Below, one piece after another: positions 46,205-56,047 of a DNA stretch of 64,000 nucleotides (its first letter is position 1; the number at the start of each line of letters is the position of its first letter). The DNA lies in NCBI GenBank assembly GCA_965248265.1, contig CBDFJF010000002.1, forward strand, positions 2,112,001 to 2,176,000, read 5' to 3'. A program made the translations under genes and the position numbers. The notes under the pieces are model-generated. The model did not search any database, was not told the DNA's origin, and saw nothing but the letters and a program-made list of their open reading frames with translations. This DNA comes from Candidatus Latescibacterota bacterium (GTDB lineage: Bacteria > Latescibacterota > UBA2968 > UBA8231).

Positions 46205-48082
46205 ATGATCTCAATCACCGCGACCCAGATTGCCGACCCGCCACGATGGGCAGCGCTGCAACGGCGCCTGTTCTCCGTCATGGAGGAAGCTGCCAGGATA
46301 ACGGTCGACAAATACACCGACGACGAGGGCATACCCTACTTCGCCGACGATGTCGACGATATCTACGAGCGCTTCTATAGCTGGCCACTGTTCTACTCGG
46401 TAGGCGCCAGCGACGACATGCTGCGGTTGTCCGCCCGGGAGTACGAAGTGATCACCCGCTCCAACGGGGAGGATGCGCAGAACCCGCACTTTCCGTGGCT
46501 GTTCCCGCAGCTCCACAATGAGTATTACAGCCTGACCGTTCCGGAGGGACAGGCCGCATCGTGGATACCCGGCCAGCGGATCATCACCGACTGGCACCAC
46601 ATGGGCGAGGGCAACGAGTTGTTCTACAACATTGGGATGGCTGACCCCGCGACTCCCGGGCACGCGGAGAGATCGGAGCGCTTCGCCGCCATGATGATCG
46701 GCGAAGACCCGGGGGCCGACAACTACGATTACGGCCTAAATCAATTTCGGTCCGTGTACACAGACGCACGGGGCCCCATCTACGAAGTCAACCTCGAGCA
46801 GGCAAAGGGTTTCCTCCACGGCGGCAGCCCCACGATGCCCGATTGGGCGCCTCAGCCGATGGGAGTGCGTGTGGGGTTGTATCCGGCCGTCAAAGACGCG
46901 GAGCCGGACTGGTACGACCGCCCCGAGCGGGCCACCCACATACTCGACACCTTCAATCGGCTCGTCATGCCGGGCGACATCCCTCACAATATGGGTGCCG
47001 CCGGGCTGGTCACCAACGCCTACCTGCACACGGGCGACGAGCGCTACAAGCAGTGGGTGCTGCGCTACGTAGAAGGCTGGATCGACCGCATGAAAGTCAA
47101 CGGCGGCATCATGCCCGACAACATCGGGCCGACCGGCAAGGTCGGTGAACACCGGAACGGTCAGTGGTGGGGTGGTTGGTACGGTTGGAACTGCTACAAG
47201 GGTATCAACATCGGTCTGACCTCGATGACGATCGCCGCGGAGTGCGCTCACCTGCTCAGCGGTGACGACGCGTTCCTCGAGGTGATTCGATCGCAGATGA
47301 AGGTGCTGTTCGAGAATTCGCGGACCCTCGACAACGGGCAGCTGGTGGTTTCCTGGCGGTACGGTCCCGATGGATGGTTCGATTACCAGCCGATGTCTAA
47401 CAAGTGGCTGCCGCACGTGTACCACGCTTCGATGGCCGACGTAGACCGCCAGATGATGGAGCGGGTGCGCGAAGGTGATGCGGGGCGCGATTGGTCCGAG
47501 CTCGGCAGTGGCAAATGGGCATTCTTCCAATACCACAGCGGAAAGTTTCCGAACTGGCCGGAGAAGCTCATGGAGTTCGGGTTGGCGCAGGCCGAGGATG
47601 CCCTGGCACGCGTCAGGGCGGAGTCGCGCGAGCCAGATCAGATGATAACCGAAAACAGCGGCATCCCGAATCCGGTAAGCATGGAGGTCTTGACGCAGGT
47701 GATGCTCGGATCACCGGGCACGGTCTACAACGGCGGTCTGTTGAGGGCGACAGTGCGCTACTTCGATCCGGAACGATCCCGTGCCGGTCTTCCTGAAGAC
47801 GTGGCGGCGCTGGTAGACGGGCTCGGTCCGGACCGTGCCGGAGTCCACCTCGTGAACCTCAGCCATCACGAGACGCGCCGGATCGTGGTGCAGGCCGGGG
47901 CCTTCGGTGAACATCGCTTCAACAACGTGAAGTACGTCGACGCGGACGGTGACAGGGGTGTCGAAGTTGCGGCGAAGCATCTCGAGGTGGTGTTGCCACC
48001 GGGCACTGCAATCCACCTCAGCTGCGGTCTCGAGCGCTTCGCCCACAAGCCCAGCTACGCATTCCCCTGGCATGGCGAGTGA
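46205..48082 (+). CDS. Conserved-looking hypothetical cytoplasmic protein (~625 aa), possibly an alpha/alpha-toroid enzyme
   Basis: Long ORF with coding-like composition; DDIYE..WPLFY, DWHHMGEG, PDNIG..G..WWGGWYGW; no signal peptide. Confidence 0.7.
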   Translation: MISITATQIADPPRWAALQRRLFSVMEEAARITVDKYTDDEGIPYFADDVDDIYERFYSWPLFYSVGASDDMLRLSAREYEVITRSNGEDAQNPHFPWLFPQLHNEYYSLTVPEGQAASWIPGQRIITDWHHMGEGNELFYNIGMADPATPGHAERSERFAAMMIGEDPGADNYDYGLNQFRSVYTDARGPIYEVNLEQAKGFLHGGSPTMPDWAPQPMGVRVGLYPAVKDAEPDWYDRPERATHILDTFNRLVMPGDIPHNMGAAGLVTNAYLHTGDERYKQWVLRYVEGWIDRMKVNGGIMPDNIGPTGKVGEHRNGQWWGGWYGWNCYKGINIGLTSMTIAAECAHLLSGDDAFLEVIRSQMKVLFENSRTLDNGQLVVSWRYGPDGWFDYQPMSNKWLPHVYHASMADVDRQMMERVREGDAGRDWSELGSGKWAFFQYHSGKFPNWPEKLMEFGLAQAEDALARVRAESREPDQMITENSGIPNPVSMEVLTQVMLGSPGTVYNGGLLRATVRYFDPERSRAGLPEDVAALVDGLGPDRAGVHLVNLSHHETRRIVVQAGAFGEHRFNNVKYVDADGDRGVEVAAKHLEVVLPPGTAIHLSCGLERFAHKPSYAFPWHGE

Positions 48083-48110
48083 AGGCCAGGAGATCCGTCG
48101 GGAGGACACC

Positions 48111-49667
48111 ATGAGAAAGCCACGGCTGATCTACTACAACGACGGCCACCACTACCACGGCAAAAGGGTCGACCCCCCGTTGAGCCTGAGGAAGCTCTAC
48201 TGGCCCGTCGACGAAGTGGTAGGCACCGGCGTGGAGATGCTGGTGTTTGGGATGGGCTACGGAGATGTCTACTTCCATCAGAGCAGGATCGGCAGGACCA
48301 TCGGCGAGGCCAAGGAAGTGTGGGAGAGCTTCATCGATTGGCGGATCATGCGCATGGTCCGGGAAGCCAAGGAGAAGTACGATACGGACCAGATCCACGA
48401 GGTTGTCAGGCGAGGACGGCACCTGGGCATGCCTGTGGTCGCCAGTCTAAAAATGAACAACGGCCATGCGCCTGGGGCGAACCGCTGCGGCTGGCTCAGG
48501 TGGAACAAGGGCAAAGAGGTCTGCCTTGACGAGCCACCCCAGGAGTGGTGTTACGACTACACCAACACCGATGTCATCGAGTACAAACAAGCCCTGATCC
48601 GGGAAATGCTGGAGGACTACGAAACGGATGGGATCGAGCTTGACTTCATGTTCACCCCTGTGTTCTTCCGCAAGGCTGAGGTGGAGAAGGGCACCCTGGT
48701 GATGAACAAGTTCGTCGCCGACGTGAGGCAAATGGCAAACGAAATTGGCGCGAAGCAAGGGCGTGACATCACCGTGATGGCGCGGGTCTACCACCGGCGA
48801 GATGCCAACCTCGAGATAGGTCTCGACGTCGAGACGTGGCTCAAGGAACGCAGCGTGGACCTCGTGGTCGGCCAAGTCAAGCCAGTATCCCTCTTAGAAA
48901 CGGGTGATACACAAGGCCGCTGGATGGCCGACGCCGCCAACGCCGCTGGCGGGGCCGCCTACCTCCGGCCACCTCTGCTGGTGTACGACGAGCGCACGAT
49001 CTTCGCACATCCCGAGATGTACCGGGCCCTCAGGCAGGCCCTCGACTATCAAGGCTTTGCGGGGATGTACTTGGGGTACCTACCGTGGCCCTTTAGTCAT
49101 ACCGAATACCAGATCCTCAGGGAGGTAGCATATCCTGAGGTGATCGCCCGCCACGACAAGCGGTACATCCTGCAGCCCCGCGAGGCGCAGGTACAAGCCC
49201 GAGCGCTGCCAGCCAAGCTCGAGGAGGGCGAGACGGCGCGTATCGACATTCTCGTCGGCGACGACCTGGATAGCGCGCGCAACGAACACGAGATGCGCAA
49301 GCCGGTGCTGACGATACGGTTTGCCGAGTTCTGCGTGGAAGACGACATCGAAATACGATTCAATGGGGAAGTGCTGCCCTTCGAGGATGCGGAGATCACG
49401 GACGAGCGGGCTACCCGCATATTGGGGAGGTTGCGTACACCCGGGGTGGAAGCCCCCGACACCATCGGTGGTTTCTGGTTCCGCTACAGACTCGACCTCG
49501 ACCTGCTTAAGCAAGGCGACAACACCCTTGAGGTCGAAGTCAGGAGCTTCGAGAAGACCGCGGGCTTCGACCGTACGGTCAGCGGTGTCGAGGTACAGAC
49601 GCGCTTCAGGGACTTCGTGCGGCCTGAGGGCCTCAGCATCGGGCGCATGCCGCCGACGGCGCAGTAG
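48111..49667 (+). CDS. Glycoside hydrolase-like TIM-barrel protein (GHL10/DUF187-like)
   Basis: GGAGG RBS + ATG 48111; RLIYYNDG; DYTN..V..EMLEDY..DGIELDF; C-terminal beta-sandwich (LKQGDNTLEV). Confidence 0.7.
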   Translation: MRKPRLIYYNDGHHYHGKRVDPPLSLRKLYWPVDEVVGTGVEMLVFGMGYGDVYFHQSRIGRTIGEAKEVWESFIDWRIMRMVREAKEKYDTDQIHEVVRRGRHLGMPVVASLKMNNGHAPGANRCGWLRWNKGKEVCLDEPPQEWCYDYTNTDVIEYKQALIREMLEDYETDGIELDFMFTPVFFRKAEVEKGTLVMNKFVADVRQMANEIGAKQGRDITVMARVYHRRDANLEIGLDVETWLKERSVDLVVGQVKPVSLLETGDTQGRWMADAANAAGGAAYLRPPLLVYDERTIFAHPEMYRALRQALDYQGFAGMYLGYLPWPFSHTEYQILREVAYPEVIARHDKRYILQPREAQVQARALPAKLEEGETARIDILVGDDLDSARNEHEMRKPVLTIRFAEFCVEDDIEIRFNGEVLPFEDAEITDERATRILGRLRTPGVEAPDTIGGFWFRYRLDLDLLKQGDNTLEVEVRSFEKTAGFDRTVSGVEVQTRFRDFVRPEGLSIGRMPPTAQ

Positions 49668-50540
49668 CTAGCGTAATCCTTCCGGCAGACCGTAGGGCTT
49701 ACCGATTCCCCTTGTCTGCACCGGCCAGCTCGCGCCGCCCAGATTCCGGAACTTATCGTGTTCGCCGCACAGCCACAGAAACATTTCCGCGATTCTCACG
49801 GCCGGACGAAGCTGCTCGGCCAGCGCGGCGACGGGACTTCGGTAGTTGGCGCTCGCGAAATCGAAGTCATCTTCCCTGACCCAGTCCCGCGCCGGCGGCG
49901 TCGTGCGCCAATAGTTGTACTTGAGCAGGTTGCGCGTGCCGGTCGCCGTGGCCTTGCCGCGTCGATGCCAGATCTGGTACACGGTCAAAAAAATTGAACC
50001 GGCCGGCGCCGCCGTCGGCATGGCCCCGGCGATACTCCCCAGATGCGCCATGAAACGGGCGGCGTTTCGGATCAGGTGCGAACCTGGAACCACGTCCGTC
50101 GGGCCCAGCTCAACCGGCGTGTCCTGCGGGTAATAGAAGACCTGCAGATAGTTCAGCTCGTGTGAGAAATCGAAATTCCCGTCAACGTGCCATCCCTGGT
50201 TCGCAAAAGGGGCTTCCTCACGGTGATTGGCCACCCACACGGGCAGGTGAAAGTTCGGTCCCAGCAGCGACCGGACCGCCCCCGCCGCCTCGCGGTTCAA
50301 GATCACGTTCTCCATGAACCAATCCTGCTCGAGGATGTCATCGGGGGAGAACGATTTCTGGCCGTGCGGACGCGTCCCGTGTTCGACGTTGTGGTCGCAG
50401 TAGTCCAGCGTTTTCTGGTTGATGTCATCGGCGACGACGCTTTCCAGCATGATGAACCCGTTCCTGCAGAAATCGAGCACCGCCGAGTCCGTCAGCGTCG
50501 GCCCACAGTCGTGGCGTTCCCGGGTCGTGGTCCCCGTCAT
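49668..50540 (-). CDS. Phytanoyl-CoA dioxygenase (PhyH) family Fe(II)/2OG oxygenase
   Basis: F..NGF; WHVDG; GPT.VVPGSH; WHRRG..R. ATGA overlap with upstream gene. Confidence 0.85.
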   Translation of the reverse strand: MTGTTTRERHDCGPTLTDSAVLDFCRNGFIMLESVVADDINQKTLDYCDHNVEHGTRPHGQKSFSPDDILEQDWFMENVILNREAAGAVRSLLGPNFHLPVWVANHREEAPFANQGWHVDGNFDFSHELNYLQVFYYPQDTPVELGPTDVVPGSHLIRNAARFMAHLGSIAGAMPTAAPAGSIFLTVYQIWHRRGKATATGTRNLLKYNYWRTTPPARDWVREDDFDFASANYRSPVAALAEQLRPAVRIAEMFLWLCGEHDKFRNLGGASWPVQTRGIGKPYGLPEGLR

Positions 50541-50911
50541 CGTGATCTCCAGCGCTCGAGGATGAACTCGAATCCGAGCCCGTGCGGTTCGTCCGGCGAC
50601 ACCGCCAGCAAGGCCATGTTCGGAAAACTGATGATGCGCCAACCATCGCGCAGCGCCCCCAGCACGGTCTTGTACGGCCAGTCCGCCGGGTCCGGAGGAC
50701 CTTCATTCAGCTCGCCGTCTTCGAGCAGCATCATGCCGATGACGTTGCCTTCAACCGAGCTGTTGTGCACCTGGAGGTACAGGAGATCCTGCCGCTTGTG
50801 ATGGTCCGACATCAGTTCGGCGATGCCGTCGCGCAGCTCTTCGGCGGTGAGCGTGCCGGCGGTGAGTTTGGCCGCCAGCGCGTTTGTGATGTCGCATGGT
50901 CTGTCAGTCAT
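50537..50911 (-). CDS. Small hypothetical protein (~124 aa), translationally coupled to the PhyH gene
   Basis: RQDLLYL..WPYKTVLGALRDGWRIISFP..EFILER; stop overlaps next ATG. Confidence 0.65.
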   Translation of the reverse strand: MTDRPCDITNALAAKLTAGTLTAEELRDGIAELMSDHHKRQDLLYLQVHNSSVEGNVIGMMLLEDGELNEGPPDPADWPYKTVLGALRDGWRIISFPNMALLAVSPDEPHGLGFEFILERWRSR

Positions 50912-51088
50912 CTCGAGATTCCGTCCGCCGACGCCGTCCTGCACCAGTGCCGGTTGGTATCAACGGCATGCGCTGTCCTCTCGGTTCGTTTGTGGCATGA
51001 CGGAAATCATACTCGGCTCGAGCACGCCGGTCCAGGGGCTCGAGATCGAGATGAGAGGGCTTCGGTATGAGAGGTCCTGCCGATCGGC

Positions 51089-51101
51089 TATACTTTGCAC
51101 C
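51089..51101 (+). promoter_or_regulatory. -10 box directly upstream of ATG (possible leaderless promoter)
   Basis: TATACT at 51089-51094, 7 nt before ATG 51102; no Shine-Dalgarno. Confidence 0.45.
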
Positions 51102-52457
51102 ATGGACGACGTCTACGACTATATCGACGGTCAGCGCGAACAGGCTCTAGACCAGCTGTTCGAGCTGATCGCGCAACCGAGCATCAGTGCCACCGGGGAG
51201 GGCATCCCGGCGTGCGTCGAGCTACTCCGTCGGTTGATGGAGGCTTCGGGCGCGGACGTCCAGGTTTTTTCGGGCGCGGGTCCTCCCATGCTGTACGGCG
51301 AAGTGCTCTCTCCCGGCGCCGAGCGGACCATACTCGTCTACGGGCACTACGATGTGCAACCGCCCGATCCCCTGGATGAATGGATCACTCCACCCTTCGA
51401 TCCGACTGTCAGAGACGGCAAGATCTACGCCCGCGGCAGCGGCGACAACAAGGGTCAGCTGTTCGCCCAGCTCAAGGGTGTCGAGGCTGTATTGCGCAGT
51501 CGCGGCAAGCTGCCCGTGAACGTGAAGTTTCTCTTCGAGGGTGGAGAAGAGATCGGCAGCCCCGACATCCCCACCTTCGTCGGCGAGCACCTTGATCTGC
51601 TCGCCTGCGATCTGGTCTGCTGCGCCGACAACCACCACTCCTATGGCCCGCGCCCGGAAGTGATCTTTGGTGTGCGCGGCATACTCTACCTCGAGCTCAC
51701 CGCCCACGGTCCCAGCTTCGACAGACACTCCGGTAATTTCGGCGGGCTCGTCAACAGTCCCAACGAACGCCTGGCGCGCCTCGTTCCCCGACTGAAGGAC
51801 GAGCACAATCGCATCCTCATCCCCGGTTTCTACGACGACGTGCAGCCCCCGTCCGCCCTCGACCTGGCGGCGCTGGAGGAACTGCCTCTGGACGAAGCAA
51901 CGCTGGCGCAGGAGCTCGGCATCAACCGGATTGCCGGCGATCCGAAGATTCCCTTTCTGCAAAAGCGTTTGCTGCAGCCGACGCTCAATGTCAACGGCTT
52001 CTGGGGTGGTTACACCGGCCCCGGCATGAAGACGATCATCCCGCACCAGGCGACGATGAAAATCGACATGCGCCTCGTCGAGCGGCAATCGCCCGACGAC
52101 ATCTACGAAAAATTCACTGCCTATCTGGGTGAGCTGGGTTGCGGCGACGTGGGCGTGACGAGCCACGGGCGTATGTTGCCCTGGCGCACGCCATTAGACC
52201 ATCCCGGGGGTGCCGCGGTGGTTCGCGCCGTGGCAGCCGGTTTTGGCGCACCGCCGTACCGGGTCCCGAGTATCGGCGGCAGTCTACCCATGGCCGCGTT
52301 CAAACAGATACCCGGTGCCGGGATCTTCCTGATACCCTATGGTCAACACGACGAGAACAATCACTCTCCCAACGAGTGCTTCGCCGTAGAGAACTTTTTC
52401 AAGGGTATGTGCACCATGGCCAACCTGATCGTAGAGATCGGCACAGAGGGAGACTGA
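51102..52457 (+). CDS. M20 family metallo-dipeptidase
   Basis: YGHYDVQP, RGSGDNKGQ, EEIGS, HSG.FGG, HSPNE. Start moved to ATG 51102. Confidence 0.9.
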   Translation: MDDVYDYIDGQREQALDQLFELIAQPSISATGEGIPACVELLRRLMEASGADVQVFSGAGPPMLYGEVLSPGAERTILVYGHYDVQPPDPLDEWITPPFDPTVRDGKIYARGSGDNKGQLFAQLKGVEAVLRSRGKLPVNVKFLFEGGEEIGSPDIPTFVGEHLDLLACDLVCCADNHHSYGPRPEVIFGVRGILYLELTAHGPSFDRHSGNFGGLVNSPNERLARLVPRLKDEHNRILIPGFYDDVQPPSALDLAALEELPLDEATLAQELGINRIAGDPKIPFLQKRLLQPTLNVNGFWGGYTGPGMKTIIPHQATMKIDMRLVERQSPDDIYEKFTAYLGELGCGDVGVTSHGRMLPWRTPLDHPGGAAVVRAVAAGFGAPPYRVPSIGGSLPMAAFKQIPGAGIFLIPYGQHDENNHSPNECFAVENFFKGMCTMANLIVEIGTEGD

Positions 52458-52466
52458 CAACACGGT

Positions 52467-53372
52467 ATGAGCGCATTCCCGACCGACGAGATGGACGCAA
52501 TTGCTGAGCAGTTCGAGGGCCGTTTCGGCTTCTACGTGGAAGACCTGAACACCGGCATCAACCACGGGCACGATGCCGACAGACGGTTTCCGACCGCCAG
52601 TGTCTGCAAAATACCGGTGATGGTCGAATTGTTCCGGCAGTCCGAGGAGGGTGCGCTCGATCTGAGTGAGCGCCGCCGTCTCGAACCGACCATCTCCAGG
52701 CACGGCACCGGCACTCTCAGCATGCTCAACGATGACCCCGAGCTGACCCTCAACGACTACGCCCGCCTGATGCTCGCGGTCAGCGACAACATGGCGACGG
52801 ACATGGTCATGGCTGCCGTCGGGCTCGACAACGTCAACGCCACGATGCAGCGCATGGGATTTCCCGACACGACGACGCCATTGACGATGAGCAATTGGCA
52901 CTACCTCATCGTCGGTATGGGCGACGTGCCCCAGACCCTCGAGAACAACGAGGCGATGCACCGACGTCTCGCGAGGCGGGAGCTCGACCACGACGGCATC
53001 GCCTACCGGGATGTACGCGGCAACAACATGACCACGCCACGGGAGATCGCGACGCTGTGCAAGCGTATCCACGAGCGCCAGGTCGTATCCGGCAAGGCAT
53101 GCGACGCCATGATGGAGCTGCTGCTGAGCTGTACCGACCGGAGTATGATTCCCCTCCATCTGAACTGGCGTGAGCTGAGAATCGCCCACAAGGTCGGTTT
53201 CAGTACCCGCATCAAGGCCGACACCGGCATCATCTGCTTGCCGACGGGTCCGCTGGCCATCGCCGGCATGACTCTGGTGGAGGATGAGCACGTCGACTCC
53301 GGCAAGGAGACGATTGCGGAGTTGGCGCGGTTGGCCGTAGAGGCGTTTTCGCCGGAGAGCGTCGCCGCTTAG
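52467..53372 (+). CDS. Serine hydrolase of the class A beta-lactamase-like family
   Basis: SVCK (SxxK), SDN, HKVG (KTG variant), TTPRE; no signal peptide. Confidence 0.85.
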   Translation: MSAFPTDEMDAIAEQFEGRFGFYVEDLNTGINHGHDADRRFPTASVCKIPVMVELFRQSEEGALDLSERRRLEPTISRHGTGTLSMLNDDPELTLNDYARLMLAVSDNMATDMVMAAVGLDNVNATMQRMGFPDTTTPLTMSNWHYLIVGMGDVPQTLENNEAMHRRLARRELDHDGIAYRDVRGNNMTTPREIATLCKRIHERQVVSGKACDAMMELLLSCTDRSMIPLHLNWRELRIAHKVGFSTRIKADTGIICLPTGPLAIAGMTLVEDEHVDSGKETIAELARLAVEAFSPESVAA

Positions 53373-54124
53373 GACGCCTTTTCCTGCATGAGTTCCCCCA
53401 GGTTGCGAAGGTATTCATCCTGGGCTCGCTGGTCGAGCTTGGCACGTGTTGAATAATAGATCCCGCCCATCGCACGACGCGGCCGCGCGCTGCGGTTGGC
53501 GCCGGCACGGTGGATGGTGAGGCAGTGGTGCACGGTCAGATCGCCCGGCCCGACGGTGACGGCCACTTCGTTGGCATCATCTTCGTCAGACCAGTCCGTC
53601 ATGCCCTGTGAAAAACCCAACACACCCGATTGGCCATGTGAGCGCAGACCACGGCGGTGCGAGCCCGCCACGTAGCGAATGCAACCGTTATCCTGATTGA
53701 TCTCATCCAGCGCCAGCCACATGTTGACGGCTTCATTGGGCACGAGACAGAAATAGAACCCGTCCTGGTGTGCGGGCGTGGGCGAACTTTGTGCCGGCGG
53801 CTTGTTGAACCATTGCTGATTCTGCGGCTCGATTGGGCCGTCCAACAGCAACTCACCCAATTCAATGAACCTCTCGTCCTCCATGTACTGCTTGAAGTAG
53901 TGGTCGTGGGCATTCATGTGCTCGAGCTGCTTAAGCGTGTCGGGATGATCCCCCACCTCATAAAAAACGCTCGTCGCCGGCAGCCCGGGCACAACATCCT
54001 CTACGTACCGCGCCATCTGCCCATGAAGGGCGGCCACTTCGTCGGCTGTAAAAAAACCGGGAATGACGGTGTATCCATCTCGGTCAAACGTCTGTTTGGT
54101 TGCTTGTCGATCGTAGGTTGACAT
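53369..54124 (-). CDS. Phytanoyl-CoA dioxygenase (PhyH) family oxygenase
   Basis: FDRDGY, FNKPP, HQDG, WLALD..NGC...GSH, H.AGAN.S...R; AAGGAGG RBS. Confidence 0.9.
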   Translation of the reverse strand: MSTYDRQATKQTFDRDGYTVIPGFFTADEVAALHGQMARYVEDVVPGLPATSVFYEVGDHPDTLKQLEHMNAHDHYFKQYMEDERFIELGELLLDGPIEPQNQQWFNKPPAQSSPTPAHQDGFYFCLVPNEAVNMWLALDEINQDNGCIRYVAGSHRRGLRSHGQSGVLGFSQGMTDWSDEDDANEVAVTVGPGDLTVHHCLTIHRAGANRSARPRRAMGGIYYSTRAKLDQRAQDEYLRNLGELMQEKAS

Positions 54125-54186
54125 CTGCCTCCTTACAGGTCAATGCCGGTCCATTCATTGGTAACGCCCCAGTTGGCTACTGCCGC

Positions 54187-54202
54187 CAGGGATCGATCCC
54201 TG
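54187..54202. promoter_or_regulatory. Perfect 16-bp palindrome, candidate transcription-factor operator
   Basis: cagggatcgatccctg, upstream of the PhyH gene start at 54124. Confidence 0.45.
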
Positions 54203-54317
54203 ATTACGCCGCCGCTCGCCCTCATCGAGTGACCCCTTTGGGCCCGGCCGTCGGAAACCGCGAACAAGAGGAAGCAGCGACTGAGCTAGACGCGATGTCG
54301 CGTCGCCTGGCCGGCAC

Positions 54318-55937
54318 TTACAGTCTTTCCTCGAAGACCTCGACGCCGTATTTCTGGCGCAACCCGCGTATGAACTCGACGTATTTCAAGCCCGATCGGG
54401 AGCGGGTAATGTACGCCCCGGCACGCCGCTCCGAGAACGCGTTGAACGGCTTCGTCGTAGCGGGGAGCCGCTCGCGGACCACTAGTATGGTGTAGCCCTC
54501 CTTCACTCTGACCGGGCCGGCCACCTCGCCGATCGCCAACTCCTTAGCGATATCCCAACGACCGGGGAACACGGCCTCGCCATACTTGGTCAACTTGATT
54601 CTCCCACCATGCCCCGCCGCCGTCTCGCGGATGGTGTACAGAGACGCGAGCTCGGCCGGATCGGCACCCGCGTCGATCTGCGCGCGCAGCTCCTCCGCCC
54701 TGTCTTTGAACATCACCAGGATTTCCGTGGCGACGATGGTCTCGAGAGTCTGGAACTTCTCGGGGTGCTGCGCATAGAAGTTGCGCGCTTCCTCGACGGT
54801 GGGCTCGGGAATGAGGTCATCCACGCTCTGCTTGCGCACCCAGCTCACCAGCAGATCCTCTCGCTCGTCTTTCATCGCCGCCTCGATAGCCGGGTGGACG
54901 TCGAGTCCGAGGCGAAGGCCCTCTTCGAGAAACAGCCGCAAGGGCAGAATGTCCTTCACGAGAGAGTCGACGTTGTCTGCGTTTGAGAAGTCCGCTCTGG
55001 GTACCAGGGCGCGCAGATTTCCGAATGTCACTCGCCCTCCCGCGAAAGTGCACAGGACCTGATCGTCGAACTGGGAGCTGTCCGCGACGTCCCTTGCGAA
55101 CGCCTGCGACAGTTGTGCGATGGTCGGCTCAATCAACTCGGGCTCGTAGGCCTGGAACAGGGAGTCCGCGACGGTCAGGGCTCGCTCCTTCACCTTCCGC
55201 TCCAGGACTTCCCCCCTGACTATGTCCTTCACCTCCGCCAGCCGTACAGGCATTTCGTCCAGAATCTTGATCACTGCCCACTTGCCGTGAAACGCCAGGG
55301 ACTCTGACAGCTCACCGACTGCCAGTTTGAAAACCGGGTCTCTGATAGGCTCCGCGGCGGTATCCTTGAGATGATAAACGCCGGCGTCTCCGCCCTGGTC
55401 CCGCGTCTCGTGTTCTGACCGCTCTCTTGCGAGCTGGGCGAAAGGGACCCCCTCTTCCAGCTCCTCCAAGACCTGCGCTGCTTGTGCTCGCGTCGGCACG
55501 AGAATGATGGCCAACCTGAGGGCGCGATCTCTGTCGGTCGCGTGGAAGTGCTGGAGGAGCTCTTCCGCAGAGACACTGACTTTGCGTTGAATCTCCTGGT
55601 TGGCATAGCGCCTAGAAATCTGCCTTTCCCTGAATTGCAGCAACTTTTTTCGGAAGCCGGGTTCCCGGTCGATGCCCAGGCTAGTCGCCTCCATCAACAG
55701 GACAGTCTTGTCGACGAGGCTGCGCAGGAGAGCGCTATCGGTCTGAGCATCCTCGGCCGTCGCTTCGACGAGCCGCGCCTTGAACTGCTCGAAATCGGCT
55801 ATCGTGACGGCGCGGCCACCGACCTTCGCCAGAACGGTGGAGGGGGAGGAATCGGCCCTCACCTGCTCTGATGGGAATCCCGACAAGGCCAGAACCACCG
55901 CGAGGCCGCGAAGGCGCGTTGCAGATTTACGAAGCAT
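54318..55937 (-). CDS. SurA/PrsA-like PPIase associated with cassette copy 3
   Basis: VLAKVGGRAVT; G.PFAQLARERS..GGD.G; GEVAGPV; KPF..FIRGLRQKY. ATG 55937; no lipobox Cys. Confidence 0.8.
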   Translation of the reverse strand: MLRKSATRLRGLAVVLALSGFPSEQVRADSSPSTVLAKVGGRAVTIADFEQFKARLVEATAEDAQTDSALLRSLVDKTVLLMEATSLGIDREPGFRKKLLQFRERQISRRYANQEIQRKVSVSAEELLQHFHATDRDRALRLAIILVPTRAQAAQVLEELEEGVPFAQLARERSEHETRDQGGDAGVYHLKDTAAEPIRDPVFKLAVGELSESLAFHGKWAVIKILDEMPVRLAEVKDIVRGEVLERKVKERALTVADSLFQAYEPELIEPTIAQLSQAFARDVADSSQFDDQVLCTFAGGRVTFGNLRALVPRADFSNADNVDSLVKDILPLRLFLEEGLRLGLDVHPAIEAAMKDEREDLLVSWVRKQSVDDLIPEPTVEEARNFYAQHPEKFQTLETIVATEILVMFKDRAEELRAQIDAGADPAELASLYTIRETAAGHGGRIKLTKYGEAVFPGRWDIAKELAIGEVAGPVRVKEGYTILVVRERLPATTKPFNAFSERRAGAYITRSRSGLKYVEFIRGLRQKYGVEVFEERL

Positions 55938-56047
55938 GGTTATTTCAGTCCTCAAGCGTTTGCTTTCCATTTCCCGGCACGGATCTAGGATACACCAAGG
56001 AAGTGGTACCTCCAAAGCGAATCGCTCCCCGTGCCATTAAAACATTG

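Noticed and set aside
45304-53372. Antibiotic-resistance calls for the MBL-fold and serine beta-lactamase-like genes
   Set aside because: Both lack signal peptides; the MBL has RNase Z-like features and the serine enzyme has a KVG variant.
54289-54304. gacgcga-tg-tcgcgtc inverted repeat after the PPIase stop
   Set aside because: Short GC-rich stem without a U-tract; not enough to call a terminator.
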